From Tubiluchus corallicola (lineage: Eukaryota > Animalia > Priapulida): a stretch of DNA of 64,000 nt. Every line of letters starts with the position of its first letter. Within the stretch, counting starts at the first letter, position 1. Location of the stretch: NCBI GenBank assembly GCA_030141605.1, contig JAQGDQ010000037.1:62001-126000 (forward strand), in the 5' to 3' direction. The position numbers and the translations under genes were made by a program. This document shows positions 60,766 to 64,000 of this stretch, in pieces. The notes under the pieces were generated by a model. That model worked only from the letters and a program-made list of their open reading frames with translations, made no database searches and was not told the DNA's origin.

Positions 60766-62465
60766 ATGACAACGGTGATGCTAACAATTGCTAAATTTAA
60801 GAAAAAAATGCCAGCAGTTTTTAGCCTTTCAAGCAAAAAAGAAGAGTTAGGGAATGATGTGAGATTCTGGACTGCAATTCGGCCGATCACCTTGCTCATG
60901 AAAGTTTTTGGAGCATGGCCATTCTCAACCCTCGGTCGCTTTGAGCAGTCAAGTACTTGTCTTGTTATTTGTTCAGTAGTGTTAGCTGTTTTTGAAGTAA
61001 TCTTATTAATATCTTTGTTTGGATTCCTAATTCATAGCTTGATTATTAATCGGTTAGGAACTGTGATTGTGGAGATAACTTCGCTACTGATTGTTGGCCA
61101 AGCCGCAAATAATTTGATAACAATTTTAGCGAGACGCAGGAAACTACAACAACTTTTGATGGAATGGAAAAAATATCTACTAAACGAGAAAAGATACGAG
61201 TTCAAGTTGAAAACGCTGAACAAATCTTCTAAATACATCTGCATGGCTTTAGCCGTTTTAGTGACCATCATTTCTCTCTGTACTGCGACTTTTGTCACAT
61301 CAACTTTGGAAAATGAGGACATTACGGTCGGGCACATTTACACTTTTGCGATAACATTTTTTCTTATGGAAGTGTGTTATGTTGGTGCCTGGGGCATGCC
61401 TTCCCTCATGTTTTGCTTAGTAGTCACTTTACAAAAAGAATTCTCTGTTCTAGATGAAAGTATGGCAAGCGATGTGAATTTATTGCAAAACATAGGCAAG
61501 CATAGATGGAAACATCATCAATTGTGCCAGCTAACTTCAATCACTGATGATACATTTGGGCCCGTTTCAGCTATTGAATGCATTGTAGCTGTCAGCGTTA
61601 TACTAACAAACGTGTTCATACTGTCTAATCCTATATTTTATCAACTTGGTACATTTTTCGTGATGCCTATCTTTATTGTTCTTCTTGGGCACATAATAGC
61701 TCTGCTTTGCTTGAGTTTCTTCTGTGGACTTGTTAATGAAATGGTAAGCATTTACGTTTACAAATATAGGCTATTTGATAAAAAGAATTGATGTACATTA
61801 ACTCTTGTGATAGCCATGTTTATACACCGATGTTCTGCTCTGTGTAAATTACTATTTATACTTGGCGTTTAACAGAATGATAATTATAATAAACCAAAAT
61901 CAATTATGAATTTTATATTACAACATGAAGGCCTATAAGTTAAATAAAGGAAGACACGGCATGGACGATTGCACAATTTTAGCTCTAGGAGCCTGGCCAT
62001 ATTATGGTACCATCTTGGGCGATCAAATGTTACCTACTCCAACTAATTAGAAGTATCAATATAAGTTAGGTAATATGTGATAGATTTTTCACAAAAGTAG
62101 TTTTTCGTATTTAGTGGACATTTTCCCCATTATGGCTTTTGCGTCATTTACCAACAACATACAATAAGCCAAAATAACATTGTCAATTTGAAACTCGTCT
62201 TTAAAAAATATTTTGAATTAACGGCGTAGTTGATTGTATTTTTTGAAAATATTTTTACTTAAATCCAACTATTAACCATTTTAACAATCCTTTTTGGCAG
62301 ACTGGGTCCATCATTGGGACAACCAATTTAGTCAAAACAAAGGCATCGGATTAAGGCTTTTTTGTTGTATAATATATTCTTGTTTTGTTCTAACAGGCTG
62401 AAGAACCTATCAATACATTGCACGCAGTGAACGAAAACAATCTCACAGAGCAACAGAAATTTACT
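60766..62465 (+). CDS. Gustatory-receptor-like (GRL; insect chemoreceptor/7TM ion channel superfamily) protein, 3'-incomplete; exons 60766(or 60808)-61743 and 62397-62465, further exons not resolved
   Basis: The long first exon has ~6 hydrophobic segments, with N-terminal FWTAIRPITLLMKVFGAWP, LQKEF..L, HHQLCQLTSITDDTFGP and CGLVNEM|AEEPINTLH, as in invertebrate GRLs. There are two phase-0 introns near the C-terminus and no class A GPCR motifs. The TM7 TY.....QF motif is not in the window. Confidence 0.75.
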
Positions 62466-63217
62466 GTAAGTATTTTATTTTTATACCGAAAAGCTCATGG
62501 ACAGCTCACTCGCATGTATGTATGGATCTCGCTATCTTTGCTTTCAATATTTTTTGTTGTTATTAACAAAATTTGCTTCTTATGGTATTATTAATGATGC
62601 CATAATACTGCAAATGCAAGCCCCATGGACGCGAATGTTTAGAATGCTATTGTTACTACTATCATTACTAATGCTAATATAATTTTAAAACAGCATAAAA
62701 AATTTTCATCCATTTTTGTAAAAATTCATGGCACCAGGACGCCTAATTTTTCTTTGCTATCTTTCCATTATTTTTTTCAAACAGTTCTACTTTTGCTAAT
62801 GATGACGGCCCGCAACGGTCATTAATGTTCGATGTTAATGACGACGGGCCTTTAATGGCGTTAACACCCATTGCTACAGACGACAGGCAGTTGATAATCA
62901 TTGAAGCACTGTCATTCTCATTTTCGATTACCATTGTTTAAATAAGGTCCATGCTCCATGTCCGTGTTGTACTAGTTATAAAAGCCATTAACCGCATTTG
63001 TAGCTATTTTCTTTTGTCTGGCGTAATCATTTTAACGCGAAAAGCAGTGAGTGAATTTAAAAACATTAAATAAATCATAAACTTTCGTCGATTAACCGAC
63101 GACTGTGAATCAGTAGCAAGAAGTTACATATGCTGTATATTAATATGCCATGCGCCCTTTTATTTAATCTTATCGTGAATGAGCTGCCGCTGTACGAAGC
63201 ATTACATGGCATGCTGT

Positions 63218-63395
63218 TCTTCCTACTTTTTTCTGCTGCCCTTTTTCCTGTTCATCTCTCTTTTTCCTCTTTCAGCTTTCTCCCTCTTCACTCTTCCTGT
63301 CCTTTCCTCTCCACTCCTTTCCTTTCCTTTCCTCTCCTTTCTTCTCTGCTCCTCTCCTCTGTTTTTCTACTTTCATCTCTCTTCTCCAAATTCTT
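63218..63395. repeat. Polypyrimidine (CT-rich) low-complexity tract
   Basis: ctctttttcctctttcagctttctccctcttcactcttcctgtcctttcctctccactcctttcctttcc...; this explains the Ser/Phe/Leu-rich ORFs 63130-63592. Confidence 0.75.
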
Positions 63396-64000
63396 CCAGA
63401 ATGTGTTATATATGTATTTATGGAGTTCACTGCAATTACTTCTTTGCAATTACTTCAGTCATTGTTGTACGTTTCGCACGCTCCAGTCTATCTTCTGTCT
63501 TTAGATCCCAGATACCTGCATGTGCAATTATCGTGACCGCTCCGAGCTATAAAGTTTTTCTATTGGGCTTACCTTTCAAAAGGAAAAGTTAAAGATTTCT
63601 CAAATAAACAAGATTAGTTCTCAAACACCACTGTTGCGATGTTTTAATAATTATATTACCAGGTAGAGATGATGCTCTCAATGACACACGAGACGTGTTT
63701 TAATACTGGATAAGCAATACAATGGCAGGCCACCGGAACCCAAAACTGAGATAGTTCACCTTGTGCACCTCGTTTTCGCCTTATTTCTACTACATATTTG
63801 TTTTAGAACATCTTTTTGTTTGAAATCATCTCCTCAAATATTTTATTCATTTTTCCTATTTATCGCGGTTGTATCAGTCAATAAATTTATTATTTATCTT
63901 TATTTATCCTTCTGCCCACTGAAAGTTACACATTTGTTTACTAATATTTTCCCCAATATTTGTATATTTAATTATGTTCTCTTATTAGAGTCGCTTAATT

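Noticed and set aside
63663-63713. Candidate third GRL exon (VEMMLSMTHETCFNTG*) after an AG acceptor
   Set aside because: It hits a stop after 16 codons and lacks the expected TM7 motifs, so it cannot be supported.

Overview
This is AT-rich animal genomic DNA with spliceosomal introns, most likely from a marine invertebrate. FoxE together with a gustatory-receptor-like gene suggests a non-chordate deuterostome such as a hemichordate, but that is inference. Gene models I assembled by hand, each with GT-AG introns and consistent phases, in order: Six1/2 (+, 2 exons); TMEM9 (-, 5 exons) head-to-head with SLC35E1 (+, 6 exons), with 372 bp between start codons; an intronless, divergent FoxE (-); a pseudo-exon plus three intact 6-exon tandem class A orphan GPCRs with NRM at the DRY position (+); and the 5' part of a gustatory-receptor-like 7TM gene (GRL, +) that runs off the window. 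Non-coding DNA holds hAT-, Tc1/mariner- and Mutator-type non-autonomous elements with visible TIRs and target-site duplications (TSDs), two copies of a tRNA-derived SINE, LINE fragments, microsatellites, and a ~310-bp palindrome in a TMEM9 intron whose ends are degenerate Penelope-type hammerhead ribozyme motifs. The best leads are the Six1/2-FoxE block enclosing housekeeping genes, the GPCR array plus GRL as a putative chemosensory locus with asymmetric divergence of one paralogue, and the hammerhead palindrome. No novel system is proven from sequence alone.
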